Part shown: positions 19,155-28,493 of the stretch, piece by piece
How the letters are laid out: every line of letters begins with the position of its first letter
Position numbering within the stretch: position 1 is the first letter of the stretch
The notes under the pieces: model-generated
Told to the model about the DNA's origin: nothing
Database searches by the model: none
Seen by the model: the letters and a program-made list of their open reading frames with translations, nothing else
DNA from: Clostridia bacterium
GTDB lineage: Bacteria > Bacillota > DAOUPZ01
Direction: 5' to 3'
Assembly: GCA_030625885.1 (NCBI GenBank)
Contig: DAOUPZ010000011.1
Span: 27,353 to 91,352, forward strand
Length of the DNA: 64,000 nt
Translations under genes and position numbers: made by a program

Positions 19155-20219
19155 GTGAAAGATTTGCAACAGAAAGGGAAAGTAGCGGTTGCTATGAGTG
19201 GTGGTGTGGACAGTTCAGTGGCAGCTGCTTTGCTTATGAAGTTAGGTTTTGAAGTTTTTGGTATTACATTTGATTTATCAGTTCTCTCCGCAGGGGCGAT
19301 TGAAGATGCTAAAGCCGTGGCGGAGAAATTAAATATAGCACATTACGTTGTTAATGTGCGGGATACTTTTGAAAAGAATGTAATCGATCATTTTTGCCAT
19401 GAATATGGTTGTGGCAGAACGCCGAATCCTTGTGTACAGTGTAATCGCAAGATTAAATTTGGTGTTTTGCTGCATGAAGCTTTAGCTTTAGGCGCAGATT
19501 TTCTGGCAACCGGTCACTATGTACGTAAAGTGTTTAATGAAGAAAAGCAGAGATATTTGCTTACAAGAGCAGCAGACTTGCATAAAGATCAAACCTATAT
19601 GCTTTATGGGCTTAGTCAGCGGCAATTAAAGCATGCTTTGTTTCCGTTGGGGGATTTTGAAAAACGAGATATTCGCAAATTAGCCACAGAACTGGATTTG
19701 ATTGTTGCGGATAAACCGGAGAGTCAGGAAATTTGTTTTATTGAAGATGATGATTATGGCCGGTTTTTAAAAGAGCGAATGCCCAAGTTAGTACAGCCGG
19801 GATATTTTAAGGATACCCAAGGAAATATTGTTGGAAAGCATGAAGGGGTTGCGTTTTATACCATCGGGCAGCGTAAAGGGTTAGGTTTAGCGTTAGGCAG
19901 TCCCGTATATGTTGTCGATATTTTACCTCGGGAAAAGGTTGTTGTGGTGGGTAAAAACGAAGAAACGTTTTCTTCTGGATTGATAGCGGAAGACTTGAAT
20001 TTCCTTCCGTTTGACTGGCCTCAGGAGTCACTTGAAGTGGGCGCAAAAATTCGCTATTCTGCTTCGCCTACCAAGGCCATCATTATGCCTCTTGACGGGA
20101 ATCGGGTAAAATGTACTTTTGCCGAGCCGCAGCGTGCCATTACCCCTGGACAGGCGGTTGTATTTTATGAAGGTGATGTGCTGATTGGCGGGGGGACGAT
20201 TGTAAAGGCTGAAGGATAG
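19155..20219 (+). CDS. mnmA: tRNA 2-thiouridine synthase (CxxC, Fe-S type)
   Basis: AMSGGVDSS, TPNPCVQCN, ATGHY, KDQTY, ESQEICF, TIGQRKG, TPGQ. Confidence 0.96.
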   Translation: MKDLQQKGKVAVAMSGGVDSSVAAALLMKLGFEVFGITFDLSVLSAGAIEDAKAVAEKLNIAHYVVNVRDTFEKNVIDHFCHEYGCGRTPNPCVQCNRKIKFGVLLHEALALGADFLATGHYVRKVFNEEKQRYLLTRAADLHKDQTYMLYGLSQRQLKHALFPLGDFEKRDIRKLATELDLIVADKPESQEICFIEDDDYGRFLKERMPKLVQPGYFKDTQGNIVGKHEGVAFYTIGQRKGLGLALGSPVYVVDILPREKVVVVGKNEETFSSGLIAEDLNFLPFDWPQESLEVGAKIRYSASPTKAIIMPLDGNRVKCTFAEPQRAITPGQAVVFYEGDVLIGGGTIVKAEG

Positions 20220-20222
20220 AGA

Positions 20223-20432
20223 AGCAAGTAGCACGCTCGCACTGCTCGCTGTAGCAGGTAGGAGGTAGGGGAAAGATAAAAGATTAATTGACAATGGACA
20301 ATTGTGCATTGTGAATTGTCAATTATATTGAAAGTAATAGGTACTATCGGTGTGTCTCTCTTCGGGCATGAAAGGGAAAAGTAGGAAATATCAAAATAAG
20401 ACCTACCTGCTACCTGCTGTTTGCTACCTGCT
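20223..20432. repeat. Composite heptamer-arm element B, downstream of mnmA
   Basis: Direct-orientation homolog of 18399-18602; shares AGGAAATATCAAAATAAGACCTACCTGCTACCTGC. Confidence 0.75.
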
Positions 20433-20563
20433 TTAAAAAACGGTTATGCCGTTTTTTTTTGTTTTTTTTTCCTTTATACGAATCAACTGCCTAAATGATT
20501 TTTCAAACTTTTGGTCATAATAAAATAAGTAAAAAATTAAATATCATAATGGGAGGAAAATGT

Positions 20564-21115
20564 ATGCGTAAAGCGAATGCGCTGCATGGGATGGACATTA
20601 TGGATCGTTATACAGGAGAAAAAATAGGTGAAGTTGTGGATGTCGTTTTTTCTTCTGTAGAAGGCAGATTAGTCGGATTTGTTATTCATAACGGCAAATG
20701 GATTAATGGGAAAAAATTTCTCCCTTTTTCTGATGCTACGCGAATTGGTCAGGATGCCATCATGATTTCCGATCAATCTCTCATTCTTAAAAAAGAAGAA
20801 ATGAAAAAATGGTCAGATGAATACAGTTTCTTGGAAGCAAAAGTCATGACTGAAAGCGGCAAAGAATTAGGCATGATTGAAGATTATATGTTTGATGAAG
20901 AAATCGGCATGATAGAAGGATATGAGATTTCAGGCGGTTTAATTCAGGATATTATGGAAGGTCGTAACATGATCAACAAAAATGATCTATTAGTAACAGG
21001 AAAAGATACAATACTTGTTCCCGATTATATGGAAGAAAAATTACAGCAATCTATTACACAAGAGGAAACAGTCAAACGTACTAAAGGAGGTGAATCTGAT
21101 GATGCGCAACAATAA
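20564..21115 (+). CDS. Tandem PRC-barrel protein (YrrD-like)
   Basis: Two PRC repeats (GEKIGEVVDV; GKELGMIED); start moved to ATG 20564 after GGGAGG. Confidence 0.8.
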   Translation: MRKANALHGMDIMDRYTGEKIGEVVDVVFSSVEGRLVGFVIHNGKWINGKKFLPFSDATRIGQDAIMISDQSLILKKEEMKKWSDEYSFLEAKVMTESGKELGMIEDYMFDEEIGMIEGYEISGGLIQDIMEGRNMINKNDLLVTGKDTILVPDYMEEKLQQSITQEETVKRTKGGESDDAQQ

Positions 21116-21257
21116 AATAATGGGCGGCTTGCTCATGGGGAGTATGGCGGCATGGGGGATCAGTAGAATGGTAAAGTCCCGCCGCCCCTGGTATCGCACA
21201 ATAGGAAAAAGTTTTTCCAATGCGGGAAAAATGGTGGAGAAGATGGCGAAGAGATAA
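21099..21257 (+). CDS. Small basic membrane-associated protein (YrzQ-like position)
   Basis: Strong RBS AAAGGAGGTGA; MMRNNKIMGGLLMGSMAAWGISRM; overlaps the end of the PRC gene. Confidence 0.6.
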   Translation: MMRNNKIMGGLLMGSMAAWGISRMVKSRRPWYRTIGKSFSNAGKMVEKMAKR

Positions 21258-21261
21258 AGGA

Positions 21262-21432
21262 AGTTGGTTAGTTGGAAAGTTGGAAGATTAAAGATAAAAA
21301 ATTAATTATTATCTCGGTTCTCAACTCTAAGATAGAAATGTAATGGAGTCTGGGAATCGAGATTTTATCTTTCAGCGACCAAAGGGAGCGGTCGTTCCTC
21401 TTTCAGCGAACGCAGAGAGCGATCTTCCTTCT
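21262..21432. repeat. Repeat family C copy
   Basis: AGTTGGAAAGTTGGAAG and TTCAGCGAACGCAGAGAGCGATCTT. Confidence 0.65.
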
Positions 21433-21487
21433 AAAAACATATAAAATGATCATTTTGGGAAACCTATATAGAACTTGATAGACAGGA

Positions 21488-22534
21488 ATGAGGCATGTAC
21501 GGATGGACGGATTAGCGAAAAAGAGAATGAAAATCATCATTTTAATAGCATTCACTATCATTGTCTTACTGTTTTTTTACAAAGTGCGTACCCTTTTAAT
21601 TCCATTCTTATTAGCGTTTATCATTACCTATCTTTTTGATCCAGCGGTTAATTATTTTGAAAAGAAAGAAGTTCCCCGTTGGCTATCAATATTAGGTATT
21701 TATGTGGTTATTGGAGGGGTTATTTTTATTTTTTGTTATTATTTGTTTCCTGTTATGTATCAAGAAATGCAAAATCTTGCAGATGATTTGCCACACTATT
21801 TTAAAGTGGTACAAAACTATTCTGATTACTTTGCTGAAAAATACAATGATACACCTATCCCTGCTGAAGTGAAGGACTCATTGGAAGCATCTTTTGTGGA
21901 AATTCAAAATAAATTTTTAAATATAATCAGAGGAATAGGAAACCGTATTTTTTCCTTATTTGGTTACATGGTTCATCTCGTTTTGGCGCCTATCCTCGCT
22001 TTTTACTTCCTCAAGGATAGTGATAGAATTAAAAAAAACATGCGCAAAGTGATACCGGTTGATTACCGAGCAGAGATCATAGGTGTTATTGAAGAAATCA
22101 ATAAAGGGGTACATGGTTTCATCAGAGGGCAAGTGCTGGATAATGTCATTGATGGTGCCCTTGTAGCGGGTGGTTTATATTTTTTAGGAATGGATTATGC
22201 TTTATTGATTGGTATTATGGTGGCGATTATTAATATGATCCCTTTTTTGGGGCCTATTGTTGGGGGTATTATAGCGAGTTTACTTTCGCTTCTTGAATCA
22301 CCGGTGCTAACGTTAAAAGTGATCATCTTATTTCTGATTGTTGAGCAATTAGATAATTCGATTATTAATCCTAAGCTGGTAGGTGATCAGACGGACTTAC
22401 ATCCCGTATTCATTATCTTTGCGCTCTTGGTGGGTGCGGATATAGCAGGTATTTTGGGAATGCTTTTGGCCGTTCCGGTTGTGATTGTGGTTAAAGTGTT
22501 ATTGAAGTATGGTTTTCAAAAATTAACATCTTAA
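21488..22534 (+). CDS. AI-2E family transporter (YrrI-like)
   Basis: Multi-TM; PFLLAF, FIRGQ, IPFLGP, LHP...LLAVP. Confidence 0.88.
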   Translation: MRHVRMDGLAKKRMKIIILIAFTIIVLLFFYKVRTLLIPFLLAFIITYLFDPAVNYFEKKEVPRWLSILGIYVVIGGVIFIFCYYLFPVMYQEMQNLADDLPHYFKVVQNYSDYFAEKYNDTPIPAEVKDSLEASFVEIQNKFLNIIRGIGNRIFSLFGYMVHLVLAPILAFYFLKDSDRIKKNMRKVIPVDYRAEIIGVIEEINKGVHGFIRGQVLDNVIDGALVAGGLYFLGMDYALLIGIMVAIINMIPFLGPIVGGIIASLLSLLESPVLTLKVIILFLIVEQLDNSIINPKLVGDQTDLHPVFIIFALLVGADIAGILGMLLAVPVVIVVKVLLKYGFQKLTS

Positions 22535-22542
22535 TGCGTTCG

Positions 22543-22572
22543 TTGACAAGGTAATTAAATTTAATATATAAT
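22543..22572 (+). promoter_or_regulatory. SigA promoter of alaS
   Basis: TTGACA-18-TATAAT. Confidence 0.6.
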
Positions 22573-22596
22573 GAAATAATAAGGCAAGCAGCGGAG

Positions 22597-22645
22597 AACT
22601 TCTCGTCCCTGACCGGGGGTTTAGGCAGGGTGTGGGAAGTTTTTT
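22597..22645 (+). promoter_or_regulatory. Structured 5' leader hairpin of alaS (attenuator-like, not a T-box)
   Basis: AACTTCTC-GT-CCCTG...CAGGG-TGT-GGGAAGTT followed by a T run, between promoter and RBS. Confidence 0.45.
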
Positions 22646-22674
22646 ATAACCTGTTTTAAGGAGGCGCTTTAGCG

Positions 22675-25302
22675 ATGAAAGGAACGGATATTCGTCAAAA
22701 ATATGTAGAGTTTTTTGAAGGGAAAAATCATAAAGTTTTGCCCAGTGCTTCTCTTATTCCTGATGATCCCACGATTTTGATTACCATAGCAGGTATGGTA
22801 CCCTTTAAACCGATATTTATGGGGAAAGAAAAACCGACCTATCCACGGGTCACTTCGTGTCAAAAATGTGTTCGTACGAATGACATTGATAATGTAGGAA
22901 GAACGGCTCGGCACCATACTTTCTTTGAAATGTTAGGGAATTTTTCCTTTGGTGATTATTTTAAAGAAGATGCTATAAAATGGGCTTGGGAGTTTGTAAC
23001 AAAAGAATTAAAGCTGGATAAAGATCGACTATGGATTTCTGTCTATAAAGAGGATGAGGAATCCCTTCGTATTTGGCATGAAAAAGCAGGTGTGCCTAAG
23101 GAACGCATTGTAAAAATGGGGGAAGAAGATAACTTCTGGTCCGCAGGACCAACCGGTTCTTGTGGTCCATGTTCCGAAATTTACTATGATCTAGGTGAAG
23201 AAATAGGATGCGGGTCCCCTGATTGTGCGGTTGGTTGTGAGTGTGACCGTTATCTTGAAATCTGGAACCTGGTATTTACCGAATATGATCGAGATGAAAA
23301 TGGCAAACTTCATCCTTTGCCTCAAAAGAATATTGATACCGGGATGGGTTTGGAACGAATTGCATCTGTTATGCAAGGGATGACGTCTAATTTTGATGCC
23401 GATCTCATACGTCCTTTAATAGATAAAATGGCAGCGATAGCCGGTGTATCCTATAAAGAGAATGAGAAAACGGATTTGTCTTTGAAGGTCATAGCGGATC
23501 ATATACGTGCCATTAATCATTTGATTTCTGATGGTGTATTACCTTCTAATGAAGGGCGTGGATATATACTGCGCCGTATTTTACGCCGTGCCGTACGGCA
23601 TGGTAAACTGCTGGGTGTGAAAGAATCATTTTTAGATAAAATGGCTGCGTTAGCTATTGAAATGGGTCAGGATGTTTATCCGGCGCTTCGTGAGAAACAG
23701 GCATACATTATACGGATTATTCGAACGGAAGAAGCGCGTTTTCAAGAAACATTGGATCAAGGCTTAGAAATATTAAAAGAAATGGTGGAAAAGATAAAAG
23801 AAGCAGGGACAAATCAGCTTACTGGTGAAGATGCTTTCAAGCTGTATGATACCTATGGTTTCCCATATGAATTAACCGAAGAAATTTTGGAGGAAAATGA
23901 GCTTTGTATTGACCGTCAAGGGTTTGAACAAGCTTTGGAAGCCCAAAGAGAAAGGGCGCGTTCTGCACGTACCGATGAACAAGGCGGATTATCCGCGCAG
24001 GCGTATGATGAACTGAAGAAGATATCGCCAACACAATTTGTTGGGTATGATACTTTAAAGGATGAGGTTCGTGTAGAAGCAATTATTGCTAACGACCAAT
24101 TGATCAACGAAGCGTCTGCAGGAGAAAAAGTGGGTATTATTTTAAATAAGACACCTTTTTATGCAGAAAGCGGGGGTCAGGTTGGTGATAGGGGTGTTAT
24201 AGAAAGTAATTCAACACAGGTTGTTGTGGAGGATACGAAAAAGTTTGCCGGGGATAAATTCATTCATCATAGTGAAATCAAGAGTGGCAAATTATCCGTA
24301 GGTGATGTACTTTGTGGTGCAGTTGATGAAGAACGACGCTTAAATACCAGTCGGAATCATACCGTAACACATCTTCTGCAGCAAGCATTGCGTGATGTGG
24401 TAGGAGATCATGTCAACCAGGCGGGTTCTATGGTAGGCCCGGAACGATTACGATTTGATTTTACCCACTTTGAAGCCTTAACACCTCAGGAAATTGAAAA
24501 GGTAGAGAACCGTGTAAATGAGAAAATTTTTGCCAACCTTGCCATTGATATTTCTGAAGGAAGTATCGAGGAAGCTAAAGCTAAAGGGGCAACGGCTCTG
24601 TTTGGTGAGAAGTATGGCGAAATCGTGCGAATGGTTAATATTGATGGGTATAGTCTGGAGCTATGTGGTGGGTGTCATCTGCAAGTTTCCAGCGAGGGCG
24701 GATTATTCAAGATTATTGCGGAAGAAGGTATTGGTTCCGGGTTAAGGCGTATTGAAGGGGTAACGGGACCTAAAGCGCTGGCATTCTATCATCATGAGGA
24801 AAAGTTGCTTCAAGAAGCAGCTGCTCTTCTGAAAACGCGTACGGAGGAATTGCCTGCTCGTATTGAGCAGATGATGCAAGGCGTAAAAGAAAAAGAACGG
24901 GAAATTGAGCAATTAAAAGCGAAGTTGATTCAAGGCGAAACCAGTGGCGTAATGAGTGATGCAGTAGATGTAGAAGGTATTCAAGTGGTTGCTCATTTGG
25001 CAGAAGGTTTAGATATGGAAGGGTTACGGCAGATGGGAGATAATCTCCGTGACCAAATTGGCTCTGGTGTGATCGTGCTGGGTGCAGTACAAAAAGGGAA
25101 AGTTAATCTTATGGTTGTTGTTACCAAAGATATGATTCCCAAAGGCATCCATGCCGGTAAACTCATTAAAGAATTGGCTGCCGTTGTTGGCGGCGGGGGT
25201 GGCGGCCGCCCCGATATGGCTCAAGCCGGCGGTAAATTACCCGAAAAATTACCGGAAGCCTTGCAAAAAGTACCCGAGCTTGTTAAAAAACAATTGCTTT
25301 AA
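22675..25302 (+). CDS. alaS: Alanine--tRNA ligase
   Basis: RHHTFFEMLGNFSFGDYFK, IDTGMGLER, NHTVTHLL and ELCGGCH editing motifs, GGGGGRPDMAQAGG. Confidence 0.98.
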   Translation: MKGTDIRQKYVEFFEGKNHKVLPSASLIPDDPTILITIAGMVPFKPIFMGKEKPTYPRVTSCQKCVRTNDIDNVGRTARHHTFFEMLGNFSFGDYFKEDAIKWAWEFVTKELKLDKDRLWISVYKEDEESLRIWHEKAGVPKERIVKMGEEDNFWSAGPTGSCGPCSEIYYDLGEEIGCGSPDCAVGCECDRYLEIWNLVFTEYDRDENGKLHPLPQKNIDTGMGLERIASVMQGMTSNFDADLIRPLIDKMAAIAGVSYKENEKTDLSLKVIADHIRAINHLISDGVLPSNEGRGYILRRILRRAVRHGKLLGVKESFLDKMAALAIEMGQDVYPALREKQAYIIRIIRTEEARFQETLDQGLEILKEMVEKIKEAGTNQLTGEDAFKLYDTYGFPYELTEEILEENELCIDRQGFEQALEAQRERARSARTDEQGGLSAQAYDELKKISPTQFVGYDTLKDEVRVEAIIANDQLINEASAGEKVGIILNKTPFYAESGGQVGDRGVIESNSTQVVVEDTKKFAGDKFIHHSEIKSGKLSVGDVLCGAVDEERRLNTSRNHTVTHLLQQALRDVVGDHVNQAGSMVGPERLRFDFTHFEALTPQEIEKVENRVNEKIFANLAIDISEGSIEEAKAKGATALFGEKYGEIVRMVNIDGYSLELCGGCHLQVSSEGGLFKIIAEEGIGSGLRRIEGVTGPKALAFYHHEEKLLQEAAALLKTRTEELPARIEQMMQGVKEKEREIEQLKAKLIQGETSGVMSDAVDVEGIQVVAHLAEGLDMEGLRQMGDNLRDQIGSGVIVLGAVQKGKVNLMVVVTKDMIPKGIHAGKLIKELAAVVGGGGGGRPDMAQAGGKLPEKLPEALQKVPELVKKQLL

Positions 25303-25378
25303 TAGCAGGAAAAATTTATATATCATAGAATATACTGGTAATATATTTTAATTTATATGAAGGTCAGAGGTGTTATAA

Positions 25379-25648
25379 ATGACAAATCGATTAGATGATA
25401 CAGTATATTTCAGCAAGGAAGAAAAAGAAGAAGAGAATCAAGCCCGACGTATCTTAGAAAACGTTTATCAAGCGTTAACCGAGAAGGGATATGATCCCAT
25501 TAATCAAATGGTTGGATACTTATTGTCAGGAGAACCTGCTTATATTACAGGTCATAATAATGCGCGTTCTATTATCAGAAGATTAGAACGAGATGAATTG
25601 TTGGAAGAGTTGGTGCGTTATTATGTGCAGAATGCAGGTAGCAAATAG
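25379..25648 (+). CDS. IreB/ReoM family regulatory phosphoprotein (UPF0297)
   Basis: [26 protein letters not shown]. Confidence 0.92.
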   Translation: MTNRLDDTVYFSKEEKEEENQARRILENVYQALTEKGYDPINQMVGYLLSGEPAYITGHNNARSIIRRLERDELLEELVRYYVQNAGSK

Positions 25649-25662
25649 AGGAGCTGAAGATC

Positions 25663-26610
25663 ATGGAATATCGCCGATTGGGGGATACCGATCTGATGGT
25701 ATCGCGCTTGTGTTTTGGTGCATTAACCATAGGGCCGCTTCAAGCTCATCTATCTATACGCGATGGGGCACGTGTTATTCGTGAAGCTTTGGAAAGTGGG
25801 GTAAACTTTATTGATACGGCAGATCTGTATGAGACGTATCCCTACATTCGAGAAGCGTTAAAAGGCTATTCTAATGAAGTCATTATTGCTTCTAAATCCT
25901 ATGATTATACCCGTGAAGGAATGGAAAATTCTCTTGATAAAGCATTGAAGCAATTAAATCGAGATGTGATCGATCTGTTTTTGTTGCATGAACAAGAATC
26001 ACGTTTGACTTTAAAAGGGCATTGGCCTGCATATGAATATCTAATGGAAATGAAGGAAAAAGGATATGTTCGTGCCGTTGGTATTTCGTCTCATACCGTA
26101 GAAGCAGTGGATGCGGCTGGGGATATGAAGGAAATAGATGTGATTCATCCGCTCTATAATATGACGGGTATTGGCATTCAAAACGGAACGCGGGAGACAA
26201 TGGAAAAAGCTATTATTAAGGCGCATGATCAGGGTAAAGGCATTTATGGCATGAAGCCTCTTGGGGGCGGAAACTTGTTAAAACATTATAGTGATTGTCT
26301 TTCTTTTGTGCTGGAAAAACCTTTTTTGGATGCGGTGGCTGTGGGTATGAAAACCCCCGAGGAAGTTGAAATGAATATTCAATTTTTTAATGGGGAACCT
26401 ATATCAAAGGAATTGAAGGAGAAGGTCGCACGTCAACCCAAACATTTGCATATTGATGAGTGGTGTGAGGGCTGTGGGGAATGTATTAAACATTGTCAAA
26501 GCCAAGCGCTGTTTATCCAAGCGGGTAAGGCGTGTGTGGATGAAGATAAATGTTTGTTGTGTGGATATTGTGGTGCCTATTGTCCCCAGTTTTACATTAA
26601 GATTGTATGA
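25663..26610 (+). CDS. Aldo/keto reductase with C-terminal 2x[4Fe-4S] ferredoxin domain
   Basis: [20 protein letters not shown]; [11 protein letters not shown] and [12 protein letters not shown]. Confidence 0.9.
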   Translation: MEYRRLGDTDLMVSRLCFGALTIGPLQAHLSIRDGARVIREALESGVNFIDTADLYETYPYIREALKGYSNEVIIASKSYDYTREGMENSLDKALKQLNRDVIDLFLLHEQESRLTLKGHWPAYEYLMEMKEKGYVRAVGISSHTVEAVDAAGDMKEIDVIHPLYNMTGIGIQNGTRETMEKAIIKAHDQGKGIYGMKPLGGGNLLKHYSDCLSFVLEKPFLDAVAVGMKTPEEVEMNIQFFNGEPISKELKEKVARQPKHLHIDEWCEGCGECIKHCQSQALFIQAGKACVDEDKCLLCGYCGAYCPQFYIKIV

Positions 26611-27047
26611 GGAGTGAAATGATGCGCATAATAGGACTGGATGTCGGTGATCGTCGCATCGGTGTTGCTTTGAGCGATGCTTTTGGTTGGACGGCTCAAG
26701 GATTAGAAGTGATTCATCGAAAAGATATTGATAAAGATATTGAGAGAATAAAGTATCTTTGCAAGGAAAATGATGTGCAAAAATTGGTTGTAGGTTTACC
26801 CAAAAATATGAATGCTTCAATCGGGCCTCAAGGGGAAAAGGTACTTGAATTTGTTGAAATTCTGAAGGAAAATGTTCTAGAGGATATCGTTATGTGGGAT
26901 GAACGTCTTACGACGGTGGCAGCGGAAAAAACGCTTTTAGAGGCTGATACCAGTCGGAAGAAACGCAAGAAAGTCATTGATAAGGTAGCAGCTGTTTTTA
27001 TCTTGCAAGGTTATCTTGATCATTGCAGCAGGCAACAACTAAAATAA
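26607..27047 (+). CDS. ruvX: RuvX/YqgF pre-16S rRNA nuclease
   Basis: [38 protein letters not shown]. Confidence 0.95.
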   Translation: MRSEMMRIIGLDVGDRRIGVALSDAFGWTAQGLEVIHRKDIDKDIERIKYLCKENDVQKLVVGLPKNMNASIGPQGEKVLEFVEILKENVLEDIVMWDERLTTVAAEKTLLEADTSRKKRKKVIDKVAAVFILQGYLDHCSRQQLK

Positions 27048-27077
27048 CTGCTATAAGCAGGAAGGAGATAATATAAT

Positions 27078-27350
27078 ATGAATGATGAAGAATTACAAAC
27101 GATTACTTTAACAGATGAAGAAGGGAAAGAACACGAATTTGTAGTAGTTGATATTCTTAATGTAGAAGATAAGGACTATGTCATTCTTCAACCTAATACA
27201 GACGAACCGGAGGAAGGCATTATTTTACGGATAGACCAGGATGATGATGGAAATGATGTGTTAGTAGAAATCGAATCAGATGACGAATTCCAAAAAGTCG
27301 TTGATGTGTGGGAAGACTTAACTTATCAAGCAGAAGAGGAAGACGAATAA
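27078..27350 (+). CDS. DUF1292 (YrzB-like) acidic protein
   Basis: ITLTDEEGKEHEF; highly acidic; synteny with ruvX. Confidence 0.85.
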   Translation: MNDEELQTITLTDEEGKEHEFVVVDILNVEDKDYVILQPNTDEPEEGIILRIDQDDDGNDVLVEIESDDEFQKVVDVWEDLTYQAEEEDE

Positions 27351-27375
27351 AAACAGCCATTGGCTGTTTTTTTTA
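27350..27375 (+). terminator. Intrinsic terminator
   Basis: aaaacagcca-t-tggctgttttttt. Confidence 0.7.
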
Positions 27376-27506
27376 TGCGATTTTTTGAGAAACTGCGATA
27401 AAAATGTGCTTGAATTATTGTATATACTGTATATACAGTACCCATAATAAAAAGTATCTATTGTAAATCATAGAGTAATATAGTTGAGGATAAAAAAGGA
27501 AGAAAT

Positions 27507-27535
27507 TTGAAGTTCACATTCTAATATGCTATAAT
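27507..27535 (+). promoter_or_regulatory. SigA promoter for the coiled-coil gene pair
   Basis: TTGAAG-17-TATAAT with extended TG. Confidence 0.6.
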
Positions 27536-27561
27536 GAAAAAATAGAGGAGCGTGAAATAAT

Positions 27562-27897
27562 ATGGAAGACACGTTAAAGCAAATTTTAGAAGGTCAAAAA
27601 CGAATGGAACAACGTCTGGATGGAATGGATAAGCGTTTAGATGGAATGGATCAACGGATGACTTCGTTGGAAGCGGGTCAGGCAGACTTAAAGTCTGAGG
27701 TTTCAGATATTAAGGTTACCGTAGATCGAATTGAGACCAGACAAAACGGGATCTTGGAGCAGACTGCGGGTCTCATTGAATTTAAAGGGGAAGTCAGCGA
27801 AAAGCTGGATGAAATCATTCAAACACAGAAATCGACAGCCGGGATGTTAGGGGAACATGAAATACAGATTAGAAACTTACAGAGACGACCAGTTTAA
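27562..27897 (+). CDS. Small heptad-repeat coiled-coil hypothetical protein
   Basis: RLDGMDK/RLDGMDQ heptads; RBS AGAGGAG. Confidence 0.75.
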   Translation: MEDTLKQILEGQKRMEQRLDGMDKRLDGMDQRMTSLEAGQADLKSEVSDIKVTVDRIETRQNGILEQTAGLIEFKGEVSEKLDEIIQTQKSTAGMLGEHEIQIRNLQRRPV

Positions 27898-27927
27898 TAA
27901 TGAATCAATTTTAAGGGGTTGAGTTTT

Positions 27928-28224
27928 ATGGCCGATAAGATATTAGAATTAGTAGAGAAAATGTATATTGAATTTAGCCAAAAATTTGAAGCAATAGACG
28001 ATAGATTTGATGAAATGGGAAAAGAGATTAAGCGTAACCGTGACGAGATTAAGAAAGTTGGGGCGACGATTGATGACGAGGTTACGCCTAAAATAGATGC
28101 GTTATTTGATGGGTATAAACAGAATCATGATCAGATCACAGAAATTAAGCATGATGTTAAAGAATTGAGCTGTAAGGTTGATAAGCAAGAAGTTGAGATA
28201 AAAGTGATTAAAAATGTTCAATAA
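27928..28224 (+). CDS. Small coiled-coil hypothetical protein
   Basis: KFEAIDDRFDEM...KIDALFDGYKQ; ATG 27928 preferred over TTG 27919. Confidence 0.7.
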   Translation: MADKILELVEKMYIEFSQKFEAIDDRFDEMGKEIKRNRDEIKKVGATIDDEVTPKIDALFDGYKQNHDQITEIKHDVKELSCKVDKQEVEIKVIKNVQ

Positions 28225-28252
28225 TGAAAATGCAATTGATAGTTGAGATTAG

Positions 28253-28313
28253 AGGCTTCATTCTAAAAAGGATGAAGCCTTTCCTATATAGTGACATCCG
28301 AAAGGATGTCTTT
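28253..28313 (+). terminator. Two tandem hairpins/terminators
   Basis: aggcttcattc...ggatgaagcct and gacatcc-gaaa-ggatgtc followed by Ts. Confidence 0.55.
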
Positions 28314-28493
28314 CTTTTGTATACCCTCTTGTGTTCATGTCAATACTGAAAATATGAGGACATGTTTTTGACACAGGGAGGGAGCTTGATGAAGATTACA
28401 GATAAAGTGGTAAAAAATAGATTTCATGATTAGGGTGTGCTTTGCATAAAATTGATTTTAGAGAAAAGAAAATTGTGAAAGGGGGTACAAAGT

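Noticed and set aside
18399-20432. AGCAGGT and AATTATG arrays as CRISPR
   Set aside because: 7-nt tandem units with no unique spacers, no 23-47-bp repeats and no cas genes
27425-27440. LexA/SOS box
   Set aside because: CTG-N6-CAG spacing does not fit the enterobacterial box, and it does not match the Firmicute GAAC-N4-GTTC box
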